Source: an uncultured Gemmatimonadales bacterium
GTDB lineage: Bacteria > Gemmatimonadota > Gemmatimonadetes > Gemmatimonadales > Gemmatimonadaceae
Direction: 5' to 3'
DNA length: 64,000 bases
Assembly: GCA_963850905.1 (NCBI GenBank)
Contig: CAWKMU010000004.1
Span: 288,001-352,000, forward strand
The stretch's first letter is position 1. The number at the start of each line of letters is the position of its first letter. Positions 31,331-40,232 of the stretch are shown piece after piece. Both the position numbers and the translations under genes were made by a program. Below the pieces are notes generated by a model. That model ran no database searches. It was not told where the DNA came from and saw only the letters and a list, made by a program, of their open reading frames with translations.

Positions 31331-32317
31331 TCATTTCACGACGTTGACCGCAATCGCCGGCGTCACCGTGGCTGTCGTGTTCAGCCCGCGCGGGACGAGG
31401 CGTACGCCGAGCAGCACCCCCATGCTCGAGGACCAGTTGTACTCGATCGCCGGCGCGAACGCGAACGCCGCGCTGGCGCCGGAGTTCAGGTGGACGCCCG
31501 GCACGGTCCCGGCGGAGTTGGCGCTCAGCACATCGTAGCCGGAGACGAGGGTTGTCGCGCTCTGCGCGTACACCGCGTCCAGCGCCAACACCCAGTTGCG
31601 GGTCAGACTGTACTCGCCAGCCAGGTCCAGCAATGTCGAGCTGCCAGGGTTCGCGTGCCCGCGGAATCCGGGGTCCGTGCCGTAGACGCTCACGTCGTGG
31701 ACGGTGACGCCGCTCGAGAACGACTGTGACGCGTTGAACCGCGCCCGCAAAATGCGACCGGTCGGCATCCAGAAATAACTCTGGGAATAGAATGACACGG
31801 TCGTCGCGAATGCGCCGGCGCCCAGCCCATCGCTCGGTCGATCACCCAGTCGGTCGTACTTCCCCGTCGGGAAGGTCTCCTCGAGGTTGATCGACATCGT
31901 CGGCACCCAGCTGCCGGGATGGAACTGCGTGAGCCGGAACTGCCCCATCAGCGAGAAGTCCCCCAGACCAACTCCGGAGCTGCTCGGTCCATCGCTCACC
32001 TGATTGAACCCGAAGACCGGGATCACGCCGATCGAGAAGCGGTTCGCCAGACCGTAGATGACGTAGCTCCGCGATCCGAACGAGTTCGTATGCGGCGCGG
32101 TGATCACGTACAGATAGGGCTCGATGAGAAAGTGCCCGGGCGGGAGCGTTCCGGCCGACGGCGCCAACATCGGGCCGGTCCACCACGCGTCACCCAGCGT
32201 TTGGCGTGCGGTGGCCGCGGGCGGCGCGCCGTCCTGCGCGCGAGCAGTCGGCGCGGCGGAGAGCATGAGGAGCGAAGCGGCCGCAAGCCAGGCACAAACA
32301 ACCCGTACCGCTCTCAT
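31331..32317 (-). CDS. Putative outer-membrane beta-barrel transporter (MetA/phenol degradation-like)
   Basis: DAWWTGPMLA, LIEPYLY, PTGKYDRLG, APAIEYNW; signal peptide. Confidence 0.7.
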   Translation of the reverse strand: MRAVRVVCAWLAAASLLMLSAAPTARAQDGAPPAATARQTLGDAWWTGPMLAPSAGTLPPGHFLIEPYLYVITAPHTNSFGSRSYVIYGLANRFSIGVIPVFGFNQVSDGPSSSGVGLGDFSLMGQFRLTQFHPGSWVPTMSINLEETFPTGKYDRLGDRPSDGLGAGAFATTVSFYSQSYFWMPTGRILRARFNASQSFSSGVTVHDVSVYGTDPGFRGHANPGSSTLLDLAGEYSLTRNWVLALDAVYAQSATTLVSGYDVLSANSAGTVPGVHLNSGASAAFAFAPAIEYNWSSSMGVLLGVRLVPRGLNTTATVTPAIAVNVVK

Positions 32318-32410
32318 GCGTATACCCTCGTCGATCGATGGTCCTGCGCACCGCATCGCCCACACGTCTCGCGGCTCAGGCATTCAGGGACCTTCCCAGG
32401 ATGCCCGCGG

Positions 32411-32460
32411 GAGTGGTATTCTGGTAGATCCACTTTGTTAGCACTCCGTGATACCACTTT
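32411..32460. promoter_or_regulatory. Putative MocR/PdxR-type operator (AAAGTGG direct repeats plus an inverted copy)
   Basis: Minus strand AAAGTGGATCTA (32425-32436) and AAAGTGGTATC (32450-32460); plus strand GAGTGGTAT at 32411. Confidence 0.6.
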
Positions 32461-33878
32461 CCCTCCCAAGCGACGCGCCACTGTTTCGTCAGGTCTACAC
32501 GGGCCTGCGCAACGCCGTCCTGTCCAACACCCTTCGCCCGGGTGAGCGCCTGCCGTCGACTCGGCAATTGGCTGCGGAGCTCGGGGTATCCCGCACCGTC
32601 GTGTTGTTGGCGTACGACCAGTTGCGGGCCGAAGGGTTCGTCGTGGGGCGCACCGGATCCGGCACGTATGTCTCAGGGAGCCTCGGCGCCGCTCCGCGAG
32701 ACCCGCCGCGACTGGCGGCCAGAATTCGCCTGTCACGATTCGGGACCGCGGCGGAGGCCGTGGCAGCCACGGTGGAGCTCCCCAAGCGTCGGAGCGCCGA
32801 CCTTCGATATGACTTCGCCTACGGGCGCACCGACATTGGCACGTTTCCCTTCGCGACGTGGCGCCGCATGCTCCTGCGCCATGCCCGCAAGGCGCCGGTG
32901 CGGGAGCTCGACTACGGGCCGTCGGGCGGGAGCCCCGCGCTTCGCGAAGCCATTGCGGCGCACCTCCGCCGCTCGCGGGCCGTGATGTGCGATGCCTCGC
33001 AAGTCATCGTCGTCAACGGCTCGCAACAGGCGCTCGACCTGGCGGCACGCGTGCTCCTCGAGCGCGGCGACTCCGTCGTCATCGAAAACCCGCACTATCA
33101 CGGCACCCGAGAGATCTTCCGCGCCGCCGGCGCGCAGCTCATGCCCGTACCCGTCGACGAGGAAGGTCTCGACCCGTCCAGGCTGCCGGAGCACGCTCGC
33201 ATGGCGGTCGTTACGCCATCCCACCAATTCCCGACTGGCGCGGTCCTGCCGCTCGCCCGTCGCCTCGCGCTGCTCGATTGGACTCGCCGCGCGAACGCCG
33301 TCATCATCGAGGACGACTACGACGGCGAGTTCCGCTACGAGGGGCAGCCGGTCGAGTCGCTGCAGGGTCTGAGCGGATCGGAGCGGGTGATCTACGTCGG
33401 GACGTTTTCCCGCACGATCTTCCCCGCCCTGCGGATTGGCTATCTCGCCGTTCCCGTGACCCTGATTCGCGCCTTCACGACCGCCAAGTGGCTGTGCGAT
33501 CGCCACACGGCGACGCTGGAACAAGCCACGCTCGCGGAATTCATCAGCTCCGGCATGTACGAACGGTATCTGCGCCGAACGCGCCGCGAACACGCCCTCC
33601 ATCGCGCGGAGCTCCTGGACGCGCTCGATCGGTACCTGCAAGGGCGCGTCCGCGTCGGCGGACAGGCTGCCGGCACGCATCTCGTCATCTGGCCCACCAA
33701 GCCCGTCAACGAGGAGTCCATCGTCGCCCAGGCGGCCGCGCGCGGCGTGGGAATTTATGGTATATCGCCCTACTACATCGGACGCCCCGCCCGCGCCGGT
33801 TTCCTGCTCGGCTATTCGCGAATTAGCGGGCGGGACATCCGTGAGGGCGTCCGCCGACTGGTCGACACCGGCATTTGA
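32448..33878 (+). CDS. MocR/GabR family GntR regulator with aminotransferase-like domain
   Basis: PGERLPSTRQLAAELGVSRTVV, TPSHQFPTG, IIEDDYDGEF, GTFSRTIFPALRIG. Confidence 0.95.
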   Translation: MIPLSLPSDAPLFRQVYTGLRNAVLSNTLRPGERLPSTRQLAAELGVSRTVVLLAYDQLRAEGFVVGRTGSGTYVSGSLGAAPRDPPRLAARIRLSRFGTAAEAVAATVELPKRRSADLRYDFAYGRTDIGTFPFATWRRMLLRHARKAPVRELDYGPSGGSPALREAIAAHLRRSRAVMCDASQVIVVNGSQQALDLAARVLLERGDSVVIENPHYHGTREIFRAAGAQLMPVPVDEEGLDPSRLPEHARMAVVTPSHQFPTGAVLPLARRLALLDWTRRANAVIIEDDYDGEFRYEGQPVESLQGLSGSERVIYVGTFSRTIFPALRIGYLAVPVTLIRAFTTAKWLCDRHTATLEQATLAEFISSGMYERYLRRTRREHALHRAELLDALDRYLQGRVRVGGQAAGTHLVIWPTKPVNEESIVAQAAARGVGIYGISPYYIGRPARAGFLLGYSRISGRDIREGVRRLVDTGI

Positions 33879-33911
33879 GGCTCCATTTACGTCTTCTCGC
33901 GGAGCGATGCT

Positions 33912-34376
33912 ATGAAACCATGGTATAGTGCGGCGTCGGTCGCCTTGGCAGTGCTGACTGCAGCCGCACACGGACAGTCCGTTTCGTCGGCTCAACGTGA
34001 GATCGAGCCACTGCTGGCCCAGCAGATGGACGCCGCGAACGCCCACGACACCGATCGCTTTCTTGCGAGCTACCTGCACGACACGGCCTTTGTGCTCGTC
34101 TTCAACGATCAGGTCATCCGCGGCTTCCCCGCCGTGCGCGATCAGCAGCTCAAATGGTGGAATGGCGGGAAGAGCGACGTCGTCTACAGCCAGCGCGCCC
34201 CGAGCGAATTCAACGTCGTGACGCAAACGGTCGTGCTCGTGACGCAGCAGCTGGCCTCGAAGCGCACGCTGCCGAGCGGCGAGGTGCAGGGCGGCGACTT
34301 CGTCGCCACGACCGTCTGGCAGCGGCGACCCGAAGGGTGGCGCGTCGTCGCAGCGCATGAATCGACCGGCCATTGA
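33912..34376 (+). CDS. NTF2-like (SnoaL/DUF4440) secreted protein
   Basis: Signal peptide; ANAHDTDRFL...TTVWQRRPEGWRVVAAHES. Confidence 0.82.
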   Translation: MKPWYSAASVALAVLTAAAHGQSVSSAQREIEPLLAQQMDAANAHDTDRFLASYLHDTAFVLVFNDQVIRGFPAVRDQQLKWWNGGKSDVVYSQRAPSEFNVVTQTVVLVTQQLASKRTLPSGEVQGGDFVATTVWQRRPEGWRVVAAHESTGH

Positions 34377-34406
34377 TGTCACTGCAGCTCCCCAGCGGAA
34401 GGGCAT

Positions 34407-34441
34407 TGCTATTTTTCTAGCATAATGCTAGATACCTAGCA
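34407..34441. promoter_or_regulatory. Tandem palindromic operator (2x TGCTA-N6-TAGCA) touching the blaI-2 start
   Basis: TGCTATTTTTCTAGCA at 34407-34422 and TGCTAGATACCTAGCA at 34426-34441, with CATAAT spanning the junction. Confidence 0.8.
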
Positions 34442-34830
34442 TGAGCAAGTCCCTGGGCAGCAAGTTGAGCCGCCGAGAGCGGCAGATCATGGATGTGTTG
34501 TTTCGGCGTGGCAGGGCCACGGTCGCGGAGGTGATCGCCGACATGCCGGATCCACCGAGCTACTCCGCGGTGCGCGCGATGATGCGCACCCTGGAAGACA
34601 AGGGGCACGTCCGCCATCGGGAGGACGGACCGCGCTACGTCTACACGCCGACCGTCCCGCGCGAGACTGCGCGCCGCAATGCGCTCGCGCACCTGGTGAC
34701 GACATTCTTCGACGGGTCCACGGCGCAGGCCGTGGCGGCGCTACTCGATCGACGCGGCCGATCCCTGACGCCCGAGGAGCGCGAACGCCTCACTGGCCTC
34801 ATCCAGCACGCCAGCGAGGAGGGTCGGTAA
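34441..34830 (+). CDS. BlaI/MecI/CopY family transcriptional repressor
   Basis: LSRRERQIMD...PSYSAVRAMMRTLEDKGHV...TFFDGS. Confidence 0.93.
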   Translation: MSKSLGSKLSRRERQIMDVLFRRGRATVAEVIADMPDPPSYSAVRAMMRTLEDKGHVRHREDGPRYVYTPTVPRETARRNALAHLVTTFFDGSTAQAVAALLDRRGRSLTPEERERLTGLIQHASEEGR

Positions 34831-34831
34831 C

Positions 34832-36736
34832 GTGCTCGCGACGTGTGCGCGCGCCACAGTGCTCCTGTGCCTGGCCATCGTGGGCGCGGGGTTGCTGCGC
34901 CGCTCTTCCGCGGCAACCCGACACCTCGTCTGGCTGGCGAGTTTGGTGGGGCTGCTGGCACTTCCGCTGCTATCCGCCGTCGCACCGCCGTTGCGCATCG
35001 GCGTCCCCACGCCCGATTGGGCGCACATCGACGCGGTCGGGCCTGTGCCAGCAGCGCTCCCGGTCGCGCCTGCGTCGAACGTGCCTCTCGGGCCCACCCG
35101 CCGTGGTCCACCGACCGCGCGCCACGTGGAGAAACACTCCGCTGCGCCCGCCCCCGCCGCCACGCGAGTGTCGGACGCATCGGTCGGCTCGTGGAGCGGC
35201 GCGAGCGGATCCGACCGAGCGGACGGCATCAGTACCCCGGACGCGCTGGACCACCCGGCGACCCAGAGTGCAGGTGCATCGCAACTCGAGCGCGTTGCTG
35301 GCGGCGTCCTCACAAGTGCGGCACGGATTCAGGGTCGAGTCGCGTCCCGCGGATCGCCAGTGATGCCGCTCGTGTGGCTGCTCTGGCTGATCGGGGTTGG
35401 GGCAGTCGGTGCGCGCGTTGCCCTGGGCCTCGCGCGCGTTGCCAGGATCCTCCGCCGAGCCCGCCCAGTCGTGGATCCCGAGTGGCTCCGACTGGTGGAG
35501 CGCGCGTCGAGACAGGTCGATCTTCACCGACCAGTCGCACTGAAAATGGGATCGATCGGCGCGGTCCCTGTTACCTGCGGGATCGTGCATCCGGTGATCC
35601 TCCTTCCCGCCGATGCGGAGTCGTGGGATTCCGAGCGCCGCATGCTCGTTCTGACCCACGAGCTCGGGCACGTGCGACGGCTCGATGTGCTGACGCACCT
35701 CATTGGACAGCTGGCGGTCGCCATCTTCTGGTTCCACCCGCTCGCCTGGTTCGCGGCGGGGAAGATGCGCATCGAGCGCGAGCGCGCCTGCGATGATCTC
35801 GTACTCGCGGCCGGCTGCCGCCCCTCGCGCTACGCCAGGGATCTGCTCGAATTGGTGGCGATGCTGGATCGCTCCGAGGCACCCGCAGTTGCGGCGCTCG
35901 CCATGGCACGGCCGACGGAGATCGAAGGACGTCTCGTCGCGATCCTGGATTCTCGAGCGCGTCGCGATGCGGCCGGCCCCCGCCGGATCCTCGCAACTGT
36001 CGCCATCGCCGCCGCCATCGTGGTAAGCGTCGGAGCGGTCCGGGCGGTGCCTGCCAGCGCTGCCCCACTATCGTCGCGCACGACCGTCGACCCGATTACG
36101 AGACTGGCCTCGACCGCGGCGAACGCGGCGCTGCCGCGTCATCGCGTGCACGTGCGGTTGCTTGCCGGCCCACACGAGAAACCGTGGCTCGTGCTCGCCA
36201 GCGCGGCGTCGACCGCCGGGACACTCGACAACGACGCCGACAAGCGCGATCTCCTGATCCAGATTGCCCGGCTCTACTGCGGTCATGCACAGTTGCGACG
36301 CGCATTCTTTGATGCGGCCGCCAGAGTGAGCTCCAGCCCGGAGCGTCGCCGAGTGCTCCTTGGGCTGTTGGCGAGTACGGACGGCCACGACGTCCCAACG
36401 ATCGCCGCCACGCTGCGCACCGCCCGGGGGATGGCGGCGGACGCTGACAAGGTCCGCGTGCTGCGAACCGTAGCCAGCGTCGATCCTCTGACGGATCCAG
36501 AGGTTCAACGCGAATTCTTCGCCACGACCGCCACGGTTTCGTCCCTGCCGGATCGTACCTCGGTGTTGCTTGCCGTTCTTGGCGAGCTACGCGCGCGCTC
36601 CACCCGTCGCGTCAGTCATCGGTCGACCGAGCTCGCGCGACTGACGACCGCCGCCGCGGAGACGCTGGACAGCACGGGCCGATCCCGTGTCCTGCACGCG
36701 GCCGCCGGACTCGTCGGCGTTGGCGGCCTGTCGTAG
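34832..36736 (+). CDS. M56 family metallopeptidase with helical-repeat C-terminus
   Basis: SAATRHLVW, HELGHVRRLD, WFHPLAW, ERERACDD. Confidence 0.9.
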   Translation: MLATCARATVLLCLAIVGAGLLRRSSAATRHLVWLASLVGLLALPLLSAVAPPLRIGVPTPDWAHIDAVGPVPAALPVAPASNVPLGPTRRGPPTARHVEKHSAAPAPAATRVSDASVGSWSGASGSDRADGISTPDALDHPATQSAGASQLERVAGGVLTSAARIQGRVASRGSPVMPLVWLLWLIGVGAVGARVALGLARVARILRRARPVVDPEWLRLVERASRQVDLHRPVALKMGSIGAVPVTCGIVHPVILLPADAESWDSERRMLVLTHELGHVRRLDVLTHLIGQLAVAIFWFHPLAWFAAGKMRIERERACDDLVLAAGCRPSRYARDLLELVAMLDRSEAPAVAALAMARPTEIEGRLVAILDSRARRDAAGPRRILATVAIAAAIVVSVGAVRAVPASAAPLSSRTTVDPITRLASTAANAALPRHRVHVRLLAGPHEKPWLVLASAASTAGTLDNDADKRDLLIQIARLYCGHAQLRRAFFDAAARVSSSPERRRVLLGLLASTDGHDVPTIAATLRTARGMAADADKVRVLRTVASVDPLTDPEVQREFFATTATVSSLPDRTSVLLAVLGELRARSTRRVSHRSTELARLTTAAAETLDSTGRSRVLHAAAGLVGVGGLS

Positions 36737-36762
36737 CCCGACCGCTTCACTTCACCCCTTCG

Positions 36763-37827
36763 ATGACCTTCCTGCGTGCAGCCACCTCGCGAGCTATGGG
36801 GCTAATGGCCATCGTCGCCGGTAGCGTGCAGGCGCAGTCATTCGTGCTGCAAGTCCCGCTACGCAGCCAGCAAGCGACGGTGTCACAGCGGATCGGCCTC
36901 ACCGATATTACGATCGAGTATCACCGGCCCCTGGCGAACGACCGACAGATTTGGGACAGCCTGGTACCGTATGGTCAGGTGTGGCGTGCGGGCGCGAACA
37001 TCAACACGACCATCTCGTTCACGGACCCCGTCACGATCGACGGCCAGCCGCTCGATCGAGGCACCTACGGCCTGCACATGATCCCGACCGCCGACGCGTG
37101 GACGATCATCTTCTCCAGGAACTCGACGTCGTGGGGCTCCTTCACGTATCACGAGTCGGAAGATGCCTTACGCATTGCCGTGAAGCCCGTGGCGGCGCCC
37201 ATGCGCAACGCGCTCACGTACGAATTCGAACAGCTCCAGCCAGCATCGACTGTTGTCGAGATGGAATGGGCCAAACTCGCGGTGCCGTTTACCGTGTCGG
37301 TCGATGTGCACGCGGTCGTGTTGGCCAGTCTGCAGAAGCAGCTCCGGACACTGGCGCGCTACACGTGGATGAGCTGGGATGACGCCGCGAATTACCTGCT
37401 GGGCGAGCACATCGCCCTCGACACGGCCCTCGCGTACACCGGAAAGTCGATCGACCTCGAGGATCGGTACGACAATGAGATGACGAGGTCTAAGGTCTTG
37501 GCGGCGCTCAATCGCCCGGACGAGGCCACAGTGGCGCAACGAAAGGCCCTCGACATCGGCACTCCCGTACAGGTCGACGGCTTCGCCCGGCAACTCTTCG
37601 CCGACAAACACCGCGACGAAGCCTTCGCGATCTTTCGGGAGAACGCCAAACGGCATCCCGACAGCTGGGTCGCCCACGAAGGGCTCGCCCGGATGTACAG
37701 CGCCGAGGGCGATTTCGCTGACGCACAGAAGGAAATGCGGGTGGCAGTGGCGGGTGCGCCTGCGACCCAGCAAGGCGACCTCGGGACCTTGATGAAGCGG
37801 CTCGTCGCCAAACAAGACATCAATTAG
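36763..37827 (+). CDS. DUF2911 domain protein with TPR tail
   Basis: VSQRIGLTDITIEYHRP, LVPYGQVWRAGAN, GTYGLHMIP. Confidence 0.88.
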   Translation: MTFLRAATSRAMGLMAIVAGSVQAQSFVLQVPLRSQQATVSQRIGLTDITIEYHRPLANDRQIWDSLVPYGQVWRAGANINTTISFTDPVTIDGQPLDRGTYGLHMIPTADAWTIIFSRNSTSWGSFTYHESEDALRIAVKPVAAPMRNALTYEFEQLQPASTVVEMEWAKLAVPFTVSVDVHAVVLASLQKQLRTLARYTWMSWDDAANYLLGEHIALDTALAYTGKSIDLEDRYDNEMTRSKVLAALNRPDEATVAQRKALDIGTPVQVDGFARQLFADKHRDEAFAIFRENAKRHPDSWVAHEGLARMYSAEGDFADAQKEMRVAVAGAPATQQGDLGTLMKRLVAKQDIN

Positions 37828-37903
37828 CGACCACCCGGCAGCGTCGACATACGAAAGCGCCGCAGCCCTGAGGCCCGCGGCAAGACTACCCACCGGAGTG
37901 GCG

Positions 37904-39964
37904 CTACTGCCGACCGGCCTGTGGCCGCGGTTTGAGCCGCAGGGTGAGCAGATGCGTGCGCGCACGCCGCGTTCGACTCATCGCCGGGGCCGCCTCGACG
38001 AGCACGATCGCCGACGCGCTGCCGACCTCGTTGATGTCGGAGGAGCCAGGCGTCGCCGCGTACGCCGTTACGGTTGACGTCCCAATTCCGATCGCATCCG
38101 TCACGATCGTGTCGCCGCTCGCACTCACGCCCCCCAGCACGCCGTCTGCGCAGCACCCCCATGACACGACGGGCGTCCCCGGCACGCCGGGATCCGTCGC
38201 CGCCGCAACGAAGATGAGCGTGTCGCCAAGGACCACCGTGTCAGCCGTGGGAGAGATCGAGACAGTCGGCGGCGGCGGTACCTGGACCGTCAACTGCACG
38301 GCACCGGTGAACGTGGGATTGGAAACGCCATTGAACGGCGCCGACGTGACACTCACGGACGCGATGTAGCCGATCGCCTCGAGCGTTTGGGTGCTCGCCG
38401 GGTTGCACACAATCTGGGTTGGTGCGAGGCCTGGATTGCAGGGAGCCGGCTGACCCGGCGGCGCCGCGCCGCCGCTTTGGATAACGGCGGTCGTCCAACC
38501 CGCTACCGGCAACGAGCTCACGACGAGCCCCCCCGGCGTTGTGACGAGGATCGTGTCGAGGCGCGCAAGGCTGATCGTGTCGCCGCCCACCACCGAATAC
38601 GCCGGGGTTCCCGACACCGCCAACGACAGCGGCTGAGCGCCTGCGAGCCCGCTGTTCACGTACCACCAGATCGTGTTGTGCTGATCGGGCACGCCCTTCA
38701 CCGACTTGGCGTGCACGGTGGTCGACCAGTAGCCGTTGTACTGAAATGCCGACGCCCCGGTCGGCCAGCCGCCGTCCGGGCAGTACGCGACGAAGGTGCC
38801 CGCCAGCACGGTGCATACGCCCGGCGCCCCATTCCCAAGCACCGGGAAATAGGTCACCCCCGATACACTCGCGAGGGCCACCGCGCCCACCGAATCACCC
38901 AGTGAGTTCTTGAGGACCCATCGCACGTGCTTGCTGATGTCGTAGGGGACGCCGAACGGGACCACCGTGCCGCTATCGAAAACAAAGGTCTCGGTTGTCG
39001 GCGTGTTGTTCAGCGGGACCACGATCGTTGCCGCGCCAGTGACGCTGCCCGCCGAAGCCCCGATCTGTGTCGTACCAGCGCCGACCGCGGTCACACGCCC
39101 AGACGTGCTCACGGTCGCAACAGCTGGCACGCTACTCGACCAGGCGACCGGCTGGCCCTTGAGCACGCTGCCATTCACGTCCTTCACCGTGTCGTTCAAC
39201 TGCACGATCGCACCGATCTGCAGCGTATCGCGCACCGGCGAGACGACGATGGCGCCGATCGGGGCCGCCACGACGCTGACCACACTCACGCCGTTGATGC
39301 CGTTGATCGACGCTTTCACGGTATCGAGTCCAGGCGCGACGCCCGTCACGACTCCCTGGCTCGAGACGGTCGCAATGTTCGTAGCGGCCGACGTCCAGAC
39401 GGGCGTGTAGCCGGTCAGTGTATCGCCAGTCCCGTCGAGGAAAACGGCGCTCAACGTGACAGTCGATCCGTTGCGCACCGTCGGGGCATTCGGCGCTACG
39501 GCAATTCGGGCAAGCGATCCACCCCCGACGATCAACACGGCCTTGCCGACTCCACCGCCCACCAGCGCCTCGACGGTGTCCTTCCCTTTCCCGATCGCGA
39601 CGGCGTGCCCGCCGATCGACACCGACGCCACGTTGGGGTTCGTCCCACCCCAGACCACCGTTGCTCCCGTCACGACCTGGCCATTCGACGTAAGCACGGT
39701 ATCCGCGAACTGCACGCTCTGCCCGACACCGACGCTGTCCACGCTGGGGACCACCACGACGGTGGGCACACCAGTCGCTTGATTGCCGGACCGGCTGTCG
39801 TCCGGACTCGTCGTCGCGCATGCCGCGCCGGCGAGACATGCGGCCGGGATGACCCACATTCCGCCCGATCGGCGCCGCGCGCGACGAAACGGTTGCGTGA
39901 CGGCCGCAATCATCTGCGTCGCAGCCCTGCGTCGGACGGTGCCTCGTGCAGTGTGTTGCTGCAC
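37904..39964 (-). CDS. Ig-like (Big_2) repeat surface lipoprotein
   Basis: Repeats W.S....VATVS..G.VT.V..G (x3, plus a fourth near the C-terminus); LAGAAC lipobox; start may be later (about 39859). Confidence 0.8.
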   Translation of the reverse strand: MQQHTARGTVRRRAATQMIAAVTQPFRRARRRSGGMWVIPAACLAGAACATTSPDDSRSGNQATGVPTVVVVPSVDSVGVGQSVQFADTVLTSNGQVVTGATVVWGGTNPNVASVSIGGHAVAIGKGKDTVEALVGGGVGKAVLIVGGGSLARIAVAPNAPTVRNGSTVTLSAVFLDGTGDTLTGYTPVWTSAATNIATVSSQGVVTGVAPGLDTVKASINGINGVSVVSVVAAPIGAIVVSPVRDTLQIGAIVQLNDTVKDVNGSVLKGQPVAWSSSVPAVATVSTSGRVTAVGAGTTQIGASAGSVTGAATIVVPLNNTPTTETFVFDSGTVVPFGVPYDISKHVRWVLKNSLGDSVGAVALASVSGVTYFPVLGNGAPGVCTVLAGTFVAYCPDGGWPTGASAFQYNGYWSTTVHAKSVKGVPDQHNTIWWYVNSGLAGAQPLSLAVSGTPAYSVVGGDTISLARLDTILVTTPGGLVVSSLPVAGWTTAVIQSGGAAPPGQPAPCNPGLAPTQIVCNPASTQTLEAIGYIASVSVTSAPFNGVSNPTFTGAVQLTVQVPPPPTVSISPTADTVVLGDTLIFVAAATDPGVPGTPVVSWGCCADGVLGGVSASGDTIVTDAIGIGTSTVTAYAATPGSSDINEVGSASAIVLVEAAPAMSRTRRARTHLLTLRLKPRPQAGRQ

Positions 39965-40232
39965 GCCATCAGGTTGCCGCAGCGATGCACGGGTATATGG
40001 TACGACGTGAAGGGTGAACCGGACTATCGATATGCGCTATGCCGGAGCCGGTGTCCAGAGCGATGCGACACGAACCCCCGCCAGCTCACTGCGTGCGCCA
40101 ATCGTCGGGCCTGCTCGCGGTGCGTTTGCGGCTCGACCGCTTGTTCGATGCTACGCTCGGCGCGCAGTTGCGTCTTGTGCAAAACCAGAGCTTGCTCCGA
40201 CGCACGACCGTCCGACCGTGCCCCTGCCCTCA

